From contig JAUPSS010000002.1 of assembly GCA_040285825.1 (NCBI GenBank), positions 2,170,001 through 2,234,000 on the forward strand: a stretch of 64,000 nucleotides of DNA. The letters are read 5' to 3'. A program made the position numbers and the translations under genes. Positions 14,701 through 26,998 of the stretch are shown here, piece after piece. Source of the stretch: Eukaryota sp. TZLM1-RC. Its lineage: Eukaryota; Protista; Metamonada: BaSk clade. Under the pieces are notes generated by a model, which was not told the origin of the DNA, ran no database searches, and saw only the letters and a program-made list of their open reading frames with translations. Numbering within the stretch: the stretch's first letter is position 1; each line of letters opens with the position of its first letter.

Positions 14701-17298
14701 ACTACTTGGAAATGAAATATCAGAAGAAATTCGATTAAACTCAAGCTTACCTTCTTGAAATACTGGCGTTTGAGAAAAAATGACTGATCCGCTAACATCA
14801 TTAATACTAGAATTACCTCCAGAGTGAGAGAAAGACCCTGTAAAAGTAACCGGACCATCAACACGTAATAGGTCAAAACCACTGCTTGACCCTGATTGAC
14901 TGAATAAGGGTGTTGTGAATGGTTTGTTCACATGTTCAATTACCAGTGAACCCGTATCAATGTTAATTTCATCATACTCTAACTTTGAAGAGGAAGTTTT
15001 TGGTTGTTCTAAAAGGACATCGCCACCAGTTATATAAAAATGAGTTAGCGTATACTCGGCAATTGTTTTAAAGATAAAACTTCCGGCATCATGATAGAAT
15101 TTTTGATTGAAATTATTCCAATCTCCAGAGAAATCAACTATTCCATCAACTCCAGTCCGAAAATAGGCATTAAAACCAGAAACAACTGCAGAATCGTACA
15201 CAGTGCATGTAGATTGAGAGACAAAAATAATGGTTTCTTGAGGGGTAGTGATCGGACCATAAATAAAAGAATCTCCCTGGGAAAGGTGAAGTGAGTTGGT
15301 ATCAGCTTGTCCGGTTAGAGTAAGTTCCTTACCAATTGGGTGACTAAGTGACATTTGTAAATGCAAAGTGTCGGTACCGTCTAATTTAATAATACGACCT
15401 TGATTATCAAGGAATGACCAAGGTAAAGAACCAGAGTCAGTGGCAGAGTAAACATGTCCAGATAGAGAATCACACAAACTCCCTTCACAAAGATTACCGT
15501 GTTGGAAAAGGTTATTATTAGTAACAATAGATCCCGCAAATGCTGTGAATTGATGGTTATCTTGAACAATAATTGACCCATGATTAGTGAGATCCAAGGT
15601 GGAACCAAAAGACTTTGCTTTTGAGGTTAGAAATAAAAGCGTTACATGGGAAGGTATTGTCAAGGGAAATCTATAGCTGGCACTTGAACCTCCAAGACTT
15701 CCACCGAGAAAATCAAAAGAAGAAGTAACCTTCACAGGATCCCAACCATCAATAGAGCCGCCATCAAGAGTAAAATCCTCAATATTAACTTCTTGATCAG
15801 ATTTGAATATCAAATCAGAATCAGCAACATTGGCTCTTGGAAAGTCATTACTGGGAGGTTTTGATGAATCCCAGTGGGTTCCAAGTAAGGTTAATGACGA
15901 AGAACCAGAAAGATCTAACGTGGTATAAGGAAAGGGACGAGAATCGTATACAACATGACATTCGCCGTGAGCATGAAAGGAAACTTTATCCAGATTAGGA
16001 AGGTTTAGGTTGGAAACCTTGTTTAATTGAATAGTACCTCTGGGAAAATTGGAGAAAGGTGCTTCAAAATAACCAAATACGTTAGGGCCACCAAATGGAT
16101 CTGATAAAAACTGATTATTTACAATTAATTGAGAGCTTTCAGTGAATCTAACAAGACTGGTGCCAGTAAAGGTAATGTCATTAGTCAATAACTGCTTCTC
16201 AAAAGCAAAAGTACAAGAACTACCGATTTCAGGGACAATGGAAGTCGCATCAATGTCAAAATCAACAGTACCATGTCTCCATCTAAAACTATCAGACACC
16301 ATCATTGAACTAGGTGAACCAAGCAAAGAAGGACTGACACAAGAGGAGGAGGATCCTAGAATGAGATCACGAATGGTAAAAGAGCTCTGGGGACTATATA
16401 AATTTAATACAGAACTACCATAGAGACGAACTGTGCGCAAATTAACAGAGCCACTAGGGGCATTCCAGTTAATGGTGGTTGAAGTAACAGAGATCCAAGT
16501 ATCCAAGGAAGCAAAAGAAAAGAAACTAGGAAAGTTGAAAGTAAAAGTGCCACCACTTGGAGTTAAACGAAACTCAGTAATGGAGGATAAAGGGTTGCTC
16601 TCGACAGTAAGAGAGCCAGAAGAGCCAGAAGTACATCGAAATCGATTAATATTGGAGTTTGAGGTAAAAGTAGTTGATCCTGAATTAATCCTGATTGAGC
16701 CATCTGTCGCAAGATTGAGGTTTCCATGAAAAGAATTGCTTCCAGAAAACCCAAGAGTTCCGCTGACAGAGAAAGAAGTAGAGAAGTCCATGCTGTCGGT
16801 ATTAGAAAGAGTAAGAGTAGTAGAAACCGAAAAATGACCTCTAATTCTACCTGAAACAAGAGTCAAAGTTCCAGAAGTAACACTGGTGGAAGAATGCGTG
16901 TAAAAGCGGGGACGATCGACTCTGAAATTTCCCTGACCGGAGACAGACCCACTAAAATAGATGAGGGAAGTGGAAGTGATCGCTCCTCGGCGTAAGTAAG
17001 CATGATTGGTCACAGAAAGTGAAGAAGAGCCAGTACTAAGAGTATAGCTACATGAAGATGTTCCGACATATAATCTATACAAGGATCGGTCTGCATTATA
17101 AGTTACAGTATGTGAGGAGAAATCTTCGGCACACTGAGTCAGATAGACAGTATCACCATCAACTGGCCTTCCATTTGACCAACAGCTGCTGGTCGACCAG
17201 TTGAGATCACAAAAAGAGTTACCGGGCCTGAAATATGTAGTTTTGGCAGATACTGAGAACACAAGACAGTAGAGTAACAGATACACCAGATTGTGCAT
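1..17298 (-). CDS. Giant secreted/surface beta-helix-like repeat protein (>5,600 aa, 3' end outside window)
   Basis: Single 5677-codon ORF. ATG at 17298 gives a signal peptide (MHNLVYLLLYCLVFSVSA-KT), followed by a W-x5-W-x-x-G-x-P-x-x-x-D-x-V motif and many F-x-W-x-x-G / N-x-G beta-strand repeats. The stop at 349 results from three +1 homopolymer insertions (~357, ~285, ~236) relative to the upstream repeat copies; net +3 restores the frame. Confidence 0.85.
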
Positions 17299-17559
17299 GA
17301 TTGAGAAACAAACAAATTGATTAAAATTTTCCAATGTTTTAATTGGGTTTTCACCTTTCAACTGATTATGAAGAAACACCACCTCGTCTTACATTATCAA
17401 ATCCCACTTTCGTAAGATTTGCATATGTTGGCTCGTTTTTCTTTAAAACAGAAACAATATGATGTGACATTTGCGAGTCTTTGTTTAAACTCGTTGCTAC
17501 CCACCACTCCAACTGATTCTGGGTGGTAACAAATGTGTAGCGAATTTTAAACTTCAACA

Positions 17560-18024
17560 CTTCATAATTTTAACTTAGAGCTGATATGACGAAATTCTTT
17601 GAACCAAGATTTCCTCTACTGTTGTTGTTGCTGATAAACCAGGCTGGTAGACATCTGAGGATTTTACGTAATGACAGAGCACTTGTTCCAGTACAGGTAT
17701 CTTAATTAATAAATGCTCTTTTCTGTCTTTTCCTCTTTGGTATTTCTGCCTAACGGTATCACTACAAAATCCTGATCTGCTGATTTTTTCACCAATGATT
17801 TTTTTTGATGGAGAAACCGAGGTAATCTATTCATTATGACGAATTCAATTCGAGAAATATAAATATCAAATCTCTTCATTGTTTTTTTTGAATCAATTTT
17901 TGGAAATCATTGAAAAAAATTATTTACTCTCTAATTTAATTTAATTTTACTCTCTAATTATTCGACATCTGAATGCATTGATCATTCTTTAATGTATTCG
18001 GTGATTCGATTTTTCCAAGCCCTG
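17560..18024 (+). mobile_element. Dispersed repeat, probable 3' end of a hAT DNA transposon
   Basis: Homologous to 38985-39060 (+) and 42830-43042 (-), e.g. TTGAACCAAGATTTCCTCTAC and AAACCGAGGTAATCTATT. Ends in CCAAGCCCTG (reverse complement CAGGGCTTGG, hAT-like terminus). Confidence 0.5.
17620..17761. mobile_element. Solo LTR (142 bp, TG...CA) with 4-bp TSD CTAC
   Basis: CTAC at 17616-17619 and 17762-17765. Removing the insert restores continuity with the homologous repeat copy at 42950-42985 (minus strand). Internal AATAAA. Confidence 0.75.
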
Positions 18025-19704
18025 GTAAAGTTATGTATTTTTACGAATTAAATTATTGCGTTTTGCCATTACGTAATCATTCATATTTAGTGATATCCGC
18101 AGGAATTCTATATAGTTGTTTTAGTTGTAACCAATCATTCAGTTGCTTTTTGTGACAAATCATTTTATTGTTATTGAATGACCATAATCGTATAGACTTG
18201 CAAAACATAACCGCATAAAGAAATATATCCACAAGAGCTTTATCCACCATACAATCATGAAATCAATGTTTTAAAATTCACATAAAACCCACGCAGCTGA
18301 TTCTTCGAGTCAAGTAAAGGTATTTGCTTCAGATCTTTGGTTGTTAAAATAAGAATTGACGGAATATTGGATGAAGATGCTGTCCTTAATCATTCAGAGT
18401 AAAAGTCCTTCCAAAACTGATGTTTGGGTTTGAAAGAGTGGCAATAAACACAACGTAAATATCCATAAGAAAAGTGAATGATACATTCTGTGAAGAGAAG
18501 TGATGTGTCAATGGTTCACAAGTGAAATTTACAACTTCAAGTCACGTTCTAGAAATTTTAAACAATATAAAATATCGTGTATCTCTAGCATAACAAGTGT
18601 TTTCTTTTGCGTAAGTTGTAACCCTATTTGTAATAGAAGTTGATCAATTGGAATATTCAGATATACTATAATTTTGTTTCAAATGTTGGTCTAAGAGCAC
18701 GTTGTTGAATGAAATCTGAAATAAATGGTCGATTTTGAACTGAGTTGAAGCCAAAGCTAACACAAACGCTTCATTATCAGCATGTACAACAAACTTTTGC
18801 GGCAGAATGGTGAGAAGTAGTGACGAATCCGGTGACTTATTCTCACATACACCTTTTCCCGATAACTATCAATAAGGATCTTGAGCCAAAACAATTAAGC
18901 TGCGGAACATTCTAAAATTATCATCTACCAACATGGTGGTCATTTGCTTTTGTAAAGTTCGAAGAATATATTTGAAATATATATGATATCTTTTTAGAAA
19001 TGCTATCATTGAGTGATTGGAAAAAACACCCATTCCATTTTTCAAATTTTTTCAGTTAATGCAAAAATAGTTGAAACTTGAGTTACAAACACAACTCCCC
19101 AGAAATTAACTCACACAAAGTAAGAAATGAGTCTTTAGTCCACCCTAAGTCACCACACTGTGGACTATGAAAAGCATGATGAGGAATTTGGGACATTTTA
19201 CATCCTATTGATTGCGAAATTCATTCCACCATCAACAGTTTACCACCAATTTCTCCCTCTGACTTCAGCTTTCCAAACTTACTGATGCCACATCACTACG
19301 ACTTCTTGATGGAACATGACGATATCAACTACCTAAAGGACCACCTCAATGATTTTGATGATGTAAGGAAGTGAGTTATTGTCAGGGGTGATAGGAGGGT
19401 TATCCATTGAAAACTGAAAAATACAGTTGCGCAATAAATGCGGATTCATTGCGGAAAGAGTAGAGAGAGTGTCCATTTCGAATGAAAATTAAAGCTGTAT
19501 TCTCTATAATACATTACTTTTTCAAACTTATCAGAACTTGTATTGTTTATATCTTTATTTTGTTTTATTGAACAGTGTGTACATGCTAGGTGGAAGACAC
19601 TTAGAGTTTAAATGTTTGCATTTCGTCTGGTAATTAACCGCGATCCTCAATGAATAAATACTTAATGACCAAGTTTGTTGTTTTAAAAAAACATTTACAA
19701 AACT

Positions 19705-21276
19705 TTATTCAATAACTTCATCTTCCACTCCAATAATTCTATTTTCTCCATCATACTTCTTCCCCACTTTAACCACCTCTTTTAATGAATTTTCATGTGA
19801 ACTTTGCTTTTCAAAGTAAGGTTTGGCGAAAGACTTTACATAGCCAACAGGAATTAATCTTTTAGCTTCATTGGAAGCAGGGGTAGATTGACAGGCGGAC
19901 TCTTGAAGCGATTGATAGGAACATTCCCATTCTTGAATACGTTCTTTTAACTGATCAATTTCGACATTTTTCTCATTTAAAGTTTCTCTGGTTTCCTTCA
20001 AAGCTGTGTTTGCTTCAGCTAGTTCAATTTTTAACTGTTCGCAATCATCAGTAATCAACGACAATCTCTTTTGAAAGTGTACATCATCATAAACCATCAT
20101 TAAGGTCTGTTCTTTCAGTGACTCTAATGAATTCTGTGTTTGTTCCAATGAATCAATATTTTGAGTTTTCAATTCCAAAATCCCTAAATAGGACTCAACA
20201 TCTTTACCAATAACAATTCCTTTACAATTTTCCAATAGCTTGCAATACTTGACTAGGATCTCCCCTATTAGCTTTGAATGACCCATGGCAGTAAGTAGAA
20301 CGAAGGAAGTTTCATAATCAATCAAAACCGAAACGTCATCATAGACGACAGCCGAGACTGATTCGAGATCAATGACAGTCGTATCAGAAACTGCAAAATT
20401 TTCGTTGATTTGGATTTGATCTTTACTAATCATCAAAATACAAGGAATTTGATTGACAGAGACTGAAAATTTTGATTTACCATAGGATTTGATTGACTGA
20501 GCTAACAAAATAAAGGACATTAAAGCTGAATAAGTGTCAATATTTGCTTTCAACTTGGATTTATAATTGGTAATTACTGACTTAATTATGGCAGGACAAG
20601 AAAATGAAGGAGGAATGAAATGGCTTACTTTAAAATGTTTAAAACTTTTTGGGGGGTTTTCAGTGATAACGAGTGCCAAGGAAACTAATTCAATCAATTC
20701 TGGCTCCAAAACTTCAAGAGATTCATTAATGATTAGATTGAAAAGATCATAAAAAACAAGATGTAGAAAATCTTTACTGATTCCACTGTTGGATTTAATA
20801 TTGAAGAGGTAAGCAGTTCTGCACAAGTGAAGCTTATCTGTGACGACTTGGAGACCTATGGGAAGACAGGGGTCCAATAGAGTCCAAGGACCTGAAGTAA
20901 TACGATTGAATAGAGAAAACTCAAGGAGATGGCGAATATCAACATCAAAGAACCTAGATAACTCTAAAAAGACGTTTGATGCGGGTTGTCTATCGTCAAG
21001 AGTTAATGTGATAGAGTAGTTGTCACCACGGCCAAAGTAGATGGTGATCGGGCGGTGAAATGAGGAGATAAATAGATTAGAATGATGATGGATGATGTGC
21101 ACATTCTCTGGTACTATCCAAATGCGCTGACTCATCGGAGATAGGACATAAAAAGACTGGTGTGGTTGAAGGGATATTCCTAGTGAAGTGATGAGGTCAA
21201 TCAAATCATCAAGGGTGAGATTCGATGCGGGAGACGGTATAAGATGCTGTTGCTTTTCAAAGAAGACATTGAGCAT
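19705..21276 (-). CDS. FERM-domain protein with C-terminal coiled coil
   Basis: 523 aa. Ubiquitin-like F1 (LLEFSLF...LDPCLPI), helical F2 (LHLVFYDL...SYG), PH-like F3, heptad-rich tail. Confidence 0.65.
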   Translation of the reverse strand: MLNVFFEKQQHLIPSPASNLTLDDLIDLITSLGISLQPHQSFYVLSPMSQRIWIVPENVHIIHHHSNLFISSFHRPITIYFGRGDNYSITLTLDDRQPASNVFLELSRFFDVDIRHLLEFSLFNRITSGPWTLLDPCLPIGLQVVTDKLHLCRTAYLFNIKSNSGISKDFLHLVFYDLFNLIINESLEVLEPELIELVSLALVITENPPKSFKHFKVSHFIPPSFSCPAIIKSVITNYKSKLKANIDTYSALMSFILLAQSIKSYGKSKFSVSVNQIPCILMISKDQIQINENFAVSDTTVIDLESVSAVVYDDVSVLIDYETSFVLLTAMGHSKLIGEILVKYCKLLENCKGIVIGKDVESYLGILELKTQNIDSLEQTQNSLESLKEQTLMMVYDDVHFQKRLSLITDDCEQLKIELAEANTALKETRETLNEKNVEIDQLKERIQEWECSYQSLQESACQSTPASNEAKRLIPVGYVKSFAKPYFEKQSSHENSLKEVVKVGKKYDGENRIIGVEDEVIE

Positions 21277-21326
21277 GCCGAAAAATGCAAAAATGTTGCA
21301 GATTTACTGTAGTAAAAAACTATAAC

Positions 21327-22450
21327 TTAAGACAAGTATGAAGGCCTTTCACCAACACTATCCTCTACAAAATAATCAACAATTGCCTTGATGTTGATTC
21401 ATGCTAACTTGTTACGATTCAAAGCATGACATTTCATCGTAGGATATTTCTCTCTCATCCATGGTCTAGGATTCTCAACATCAAGAAACACTTTTACTGG
21501 TTTATAACAAGCTGGACACTTTGAAGATGTGTTTCTCTCATCAACTCAACATACTGTGTAACCATTTCTCTTAAAGAAATTTCTCCATCCAACTCCTCTA
21601 CTTGATCGATGATGCTTTGAATTCTTTGTCTTATTGCCATTGTCACCAAACATTAGGATAGTGTCTTCTTGCTTCCATTGTTTTTCAGCCATGCTTTTTA
21701 ATAACTTAGCCTCTGCTTTCTGATGATGGACATATCTTTGCATCTTTTGAATGCGCCATATCATTAAACAGTAGTACTCAAATGTAAATGTCATGTTTGT
21801 CAGCTTGGAAGCAACATAAGAATAGAAATTATTATTAATGGAAGATTTTGATGATTTTTTTGATAGTGTAGCTTCTGTTTCTTCCACTGTGATTCCATTG
21901 TGTAAAATGTACTCTTTCCTTTTCAATTTTCTGAATTTTTGAACTCTCGACACCCTTGACCACTATAATTCTGTCAATCTCAGCCACTCATATTGTTTAT
22001 CTCTTTTTAGTTTGTTTTTTGCATTAAGTTTGAATCTGTTTTGACTACAAAAATAAAGTAAATCACTTTTACCAGGGTCAGTATGTACTTTGTGTTTTGA
22101 TGATAGAAATCCAACGTCCAAATCATCCAAATAGTTTTCAGCGGTTGCTAACTTTGCACTATCACGCTTGAATGACATGCCAATACAATCCTATTTTGCT
22201 AGCTCAATACAGGCTGCAAAATCGTCAGTTTTTATGGTGTTGTTCAATTTGTAGCCTTTTTTAGTAAATGGTCTATTAAATTCAAAAAAATATGACCAAA
22301 ATAAATTTTGTTCTTCTGGACTCAAATGTCGAATGTCAGCTATTGAATTCCACTCCGAATTATTTTTCTTGTCATTATTTTCATCATTTGTAAAAAAAGA
22401 ACGCAAAATACCCCATAGTCATTATCTATCAACTTCAAAAAATACAGGAG
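21327..22450 (-). pseudogene. Fanzor (TnpB-like RuvC nuclease) remnant A
   Basis: Fragments TIKTDDFAACI, RuvC-I HTDPGKSDLLYFC, LMFGD..HRSSRGVGWR, RuvC-II VDERNTSSKCPAC, NPRPW, degenerate RuvC-III NRNKLA, terminal GERPSYLS. Several stops and frameshifts. Confidence 0.85.
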
Positions 22451-22559
22451 TTTCATGACGTACAATTGAGTTCAATTTGTAACTCATCACAAACCTCATG
22501 TTTTGACGGGTTTTAATATTATAAAATTTGATGTTCCAATATTATGCAACAGGTTGGAA

Positions 22560-25020
22560 AATTATGGAAATTCATTCCCAGAATTAATTTCAATGGTTAT
22601 TTGTGATTCATTTTTGTACGCAAAAAAGATTTATTACATCAAAGTCGAATAAATCCTTGAGGTCTCTTAGTTGGTTCCTGTTAAATGAGTCTAAAGGGTA
22701 TCTTGATGATACATTTAAACACCTTTTACCAATTTAATGTTTTATAAGTGGACCCCGAGATACAATTAATTATTGTTTCAAAGATAGTGTGCTTGGTTTA
22801 AAATTATTTCTACTGTTTCAATCAAACAAATTGGTTCGACCTACTTTTGTTACTCACAAAACCACATTGAAATCTATTGTCAAGCATAAAGGATTGGAAC
22901 TTTTGTTAAATTATTATGCTTAATTGGTTCCCAGCTTGAGAATAAACACGTCATATTGTCTCACTTTACTTTTTCTACATTTAACTGAAAATGGTCAAGA
23001 TTTTCCTGTGATAACTCGAAAGGAAGTAGAACACATTCAAATGTTGCTCAGTAAAATTTCTGCCATTAAACACAATATTAAACTCAATGAGGGGGGTAGA
23101 CCAGCTTTAATCAAACTTGAAAAATTTCGTTGAAAAAATTACAAGCAGTTAGTGAAATAGTTAAGAAAATAATGGTGGTATTCCAATTGTTTATTGCATT
23201 GACGTTATCCTTTGGATTTATAGAATTTAGAGGAGAAGCAGGTTGGAAACCTACTTCAAAATTCGAAGACAATTTCAAATCAATTTGATTGAATTGATTA
23301 ATGTTATGGACTGGACACTGAATTATCGTTTAGAATTGAAAAATGAAGAAATTTTCATTAATTAAGAATTGGGCTTCTTTCGACAAAGACGTTTTGTAAC
23401 TTGTTGTATTCCTTATCGTATTTGATATCGCACTATATCCTTGTAATGATTCCTAAATCATTGCTCAAGATGGAATAACACTTGCATCAGGTCTTTGTAA
23501 AACCAATAGTGCTTCTACAGATGGCACTCATTAATTTGGCAGATCAGATTCATCTGTTCTCTTGCTCTCACAAGCATTATTATCTGTTATCAAATGGACT
23601 AAATGCGTGTTGCAGCTGTAGAAAATTTGGTGCTCATTGTTATCCAAGAATTGATGATTTTCAACCATCTTCAAAAATATAAACACAAAAATCATTTCAA
23701 AGTTGAGGCAAACAATACCCGTTAGTACTTCCAATTATGTTTTGTCAAAAGTTTGACGATAATAAATTAAATTTCCACATTGTATCAAGCAGGTATGCCC
23801 ACCATGAAAGCCAAAATAGCTGAATCATGTATTCCACAATTTTTATGTTGGTAGTTACAACTACATGGATTTCCCATCACTTTTATTTGAACTACTATTA
23901 CTATATTCAGAACATTGAAATCTTTGCTGGATTCCTTTAGAACTGCAATTGTGGATTATTTGTGTTTACCCAAAAGTAAAGGTGGTTTCGAACATTTTAT
24001 TACTTTTAGAAGCAAGGTTCATGATGCTGTAAGAGACCAGTTATATTGTCTGTGTAAATCTCATAGAATTGAATCCTTCTTGGAACCTCTGTTGTCAAAT
24101 CTGTTTGATGCTGAAAATGATTTTCATAAGAATAATAGAGGTGATGTCATATTACCTGGATTAGATGGAAGCTTCATTTTATTGGATGTAATGTCTGTTG
24201 ATCCTTGTAATGCCTCAAATGAAAGGCTTGTTAATTCTGAAATTCATAATCCCCTTTCAAATGCTGAAAATTTTAAATTCAAAAAATACAATGAACCTTT
24301 GTCCAAATTGGCCAGTCTACAGCATGCAAAAATACAATTTGTATCCATTTGTATTTTCCCTTTTGGTTCACTTGCACCAACTGCTTTACGTTTTTGGATG
24401 ATTTTGAAATGATTGTAAAGAGAAGAACTGGCAGAAATTTCAACAGATTGTTTTGGCAAAATAGAATTGTGTTTTCTATTTTTAAGGGGATGTTGAAGAT
24501 GGTTTCTGATGCTTTGCTTTCTCTTGGATCTCACTATGAGAGAGTTGCATCTAGTGTTTTTGTTTTGGGAGAGATGGATTTTTTTAGATGTTGATTTATA
24601 GGTTTAGAATAAAATTAAATTTAAATAAAAAAAAGGTTTCGACTTTTTTAATCTTACCTTATGGTATAAAGAATGTCAAATTAAGGTAAACCATTTTTTG
24701 CAAAATCCTTTTGATCCTGATTTGAGAAGTTTATTTGAAATAATAGAACACATCAGATCTGTTTGAAAACCGATAATAAATCCAAGTTTGTACCAATTTT
24801 TTCAACGGTGGAAGATAGAAATAAGGTCACAAAAGCCAAAAGGAGGTTTTCAAATTTGAAAAGATTGAATTCAAACAAGAATTGGGACATTCATGGAGTG
24901 TAAAGAAAAATTATCAATGAGTAATGTCATTTTGAAGTTGGAAAATAATCAGATGTATGCTACTTGTGTGGACAGTTTTACGTTATCACAATTGATCACG
25001 TGATTACTGTCGCGGTGAGT
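22560..25020 (+). mobile_element. Highly degenerate non-LTR retrotransposon (older LINE), interrupted by a CRE-like insertion
   Basis: Removing the 23992-24634 insert gives LCLPKSKGGFDFFNL (post-RT LPxxxGG motif). CYLC...DH knuckle near 24955-25000 and RT-like remnants near 23370-23530. Boundaries approximate. Confidence 0.45.
23992..24634 (+). mobile_element. 5'-truncated CRE-like (RLE) non-LTR retrotransposon
   Basis: RLE motifs HDAVRD...EP...RGD...LDV...K..KY, A-rich tail, 8-bp TSD GGTTTCGA at 23984-23991 and 24635-24642. Confidence 0.85.
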
Positions 25021-26267
25021 GTTTTTCAGGTTGAACAAATGTTTAATCAATATTTTCACTTAAATTAAAATGTTGCAATATTGTCAAATTTGACATTCCA
25101 CATATTATTAAACGTTCTGAAAATGAGGACTTTTTAAGGGAGAAATCGATGCTAGTGAATGGATTCAACACTATAATTTAAATTTAATAAAATTGAATCA
25201 CAAACACTTGAACCCGTTAATTACTGGTCGATTTGTTGTTGATACTTGTAGTATTTACAGAAATTACTATCAACCACGCATATTAAAAACAGTTTCAAAA
25301 ATTTTATTAGAGGAAAGTAAAATTGACCTTGATCCTCAATATATTGCAAAGTATTGGAAGGTTCATGAAGAAGATCCCTTCTCAGATTTTTCTCTATCCC
25401 AAAGAAGTACTGTAGTTGCAGTTTATTGTCTGAGGCATACAGATTTAACCATGAAATTATTTAACTTCTTTAACAATGACCAATTCATGGGAACTGTTAA
25501 ACATAAACCTTGAGATGGTTATAAAGACAGCCTAAAAATGTCATCAGAGATCCAAAAATGATTGACGAAACAGTAATTAGGTGTCAGGAAATTTCTATTG
25601 TTGGTTTAGAATTCCTTTGGGATTATTATTATTTTTTATTATCTTTTTGACTTCAGCCCAATGATAGTTTACCAGAAATTGAAAAAAATTCTTGGGTGAC
25701 GCTTTTATTGTGGTTACATCTCAAAGTGAGGAGGAAAGTTCCCTTAGCCCAATGACAAATAGAGCTTTACAAGATCCTTGTGTGATTGTCAAAATTCTAT
25801 CACCAACACTCTAAACACAAACTTGTTCGCAAAGTGTTATTTAAAAGGGGTATAAGTAATATTATGTATTACACAATTGACAAACTAATTTTGAATTTCA
25901 CAAATAACATCCAAGAGCATAACTTTAACTACTTAGCTCGGTTTGATGATGTTTTCTAAGATGTTAAGAGTAACAGTAACGTCCTGAAAAAACAGGATAA
26001 GAAAAACTTTTCATCATTCATCAGCAAAGTTAAATCCATCATTCTAGAAGGATGTAGAAATATCGACGATAAAACTTCTACAATGAGATACAAAATCTCA
26101 TCAATTACTTCGACTTTCATCAAGACCAATCAATCAAGACCAGATCCCTGAATTACTTCCCAGTAATTCCAAAAGGGAAAAATATTCAAAATTTGAATTT
26201 CGTCAAAACTCAGTCCCTCAACAAAAAAAGGACACTTATTTCATTGTTATAGACATCATCTGTAACA

Positions 26268-26969
26268 ATGGTCTCCAAGAAACATGTCTTTCGTGGTGTC
26301 TTGAAACCTCCTTATCAGTCTCCCTGGCCAGTAGTGGATGAATCTATGTGTGATGGACTCGTGACTAGTATCCTTTCCAAGTACTACTCCAACTTTTGTA
26401 AGAGAAGGTCCTTTTCACCTACTTGTTATGATGATTTTCTTGTTGTGGGCATTAACTCTGTTAGCAGAGCTATGGAAAAACACTTACTTGATGTGTGTAT
26501 TGTAGCCAAAGATGTCAAGCCAATTACACTGATATCACACCTTCCATCGTTGGCATTCCACACAACTACACACTTGCTTTCTGCTCCGACAGTTTCGGCT
26601 AAATGGGGTGCTATTCTGGGAATAAGATCGGTTATTGCCATTGGTTTCCTCAAGAACCACCCTTTTACAGATCTCTCCAACTTTTACTCTTCACAACCTC
26701 TTGTTACACAGCCCTGTATCGCATATCCCGACCCTGGGCCTATTCAACCCTCTTTCCCCACTTCTCTATGCCCACAATTCACTCTTTCTCAACTCTCTGC
26801 TGTGAAACTCACCCCTATTTCCCAGATGAATACCAATGATGTCACAAATGACCATCATTGGGAGTCGGAAGTTTGTGAACCAATGTGTGGCGTTAAGAGG
26901 TCGAGTAGATATATTGGTCCAATAATTGATGTAATGGAACGTAGAGGAGTCAAAAAGGTTCGTCATTGA
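26268..26969 (+). CDS. L7Ae-family RNase P/MRP subunit (Rpp38/Pop3-like)
   Basis: LVVGINSVSRAMEK...VAKDVKPITLISHLP, the L7Ae fold signature of the Rpp38/Pop3 type. Confidence 0.75.
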   Translation: MVSKKHVFRGVLKPPYQSPWPVVDESMCDGLVTSILSKYYSNFCKRRSFSPTCYDDFLVVGINSVSRAMEKHLLDVCIVAKDVKPITLISHLPSLAFHTTTHLLSAPTVSAKWGAILGIRSVIAIGFLKNHPFTDLSNFYSSQPLVTQPCIAYPDPGPIQPSFPTSLCPQFTLSQLSAVKLTPISQMNTNDVTNDHHWESEVCEPMCGVKRSSRYIGPIIDVMERRGVKKVRH

Positions 26970-26998
26970 GTATTTATTGAATACTTGCAAATAAAGAA

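Noticed and set aside
590-16729. Numerous short plus-strand and alternate-frame ORFs within the giant gene
   Set aside because: Antisense shadows of a long coding sequence with no motifs.
18030-19700. ORF-poor tracts (also 25.2-26.2, 37.7-38.9 and 39.4-40.3 kb)
   Set aside because: Probably decayed TEs or pseudogenes, but no motif could be identified with confidence. No tRNA or rRNA was recognised anywhere in the window.
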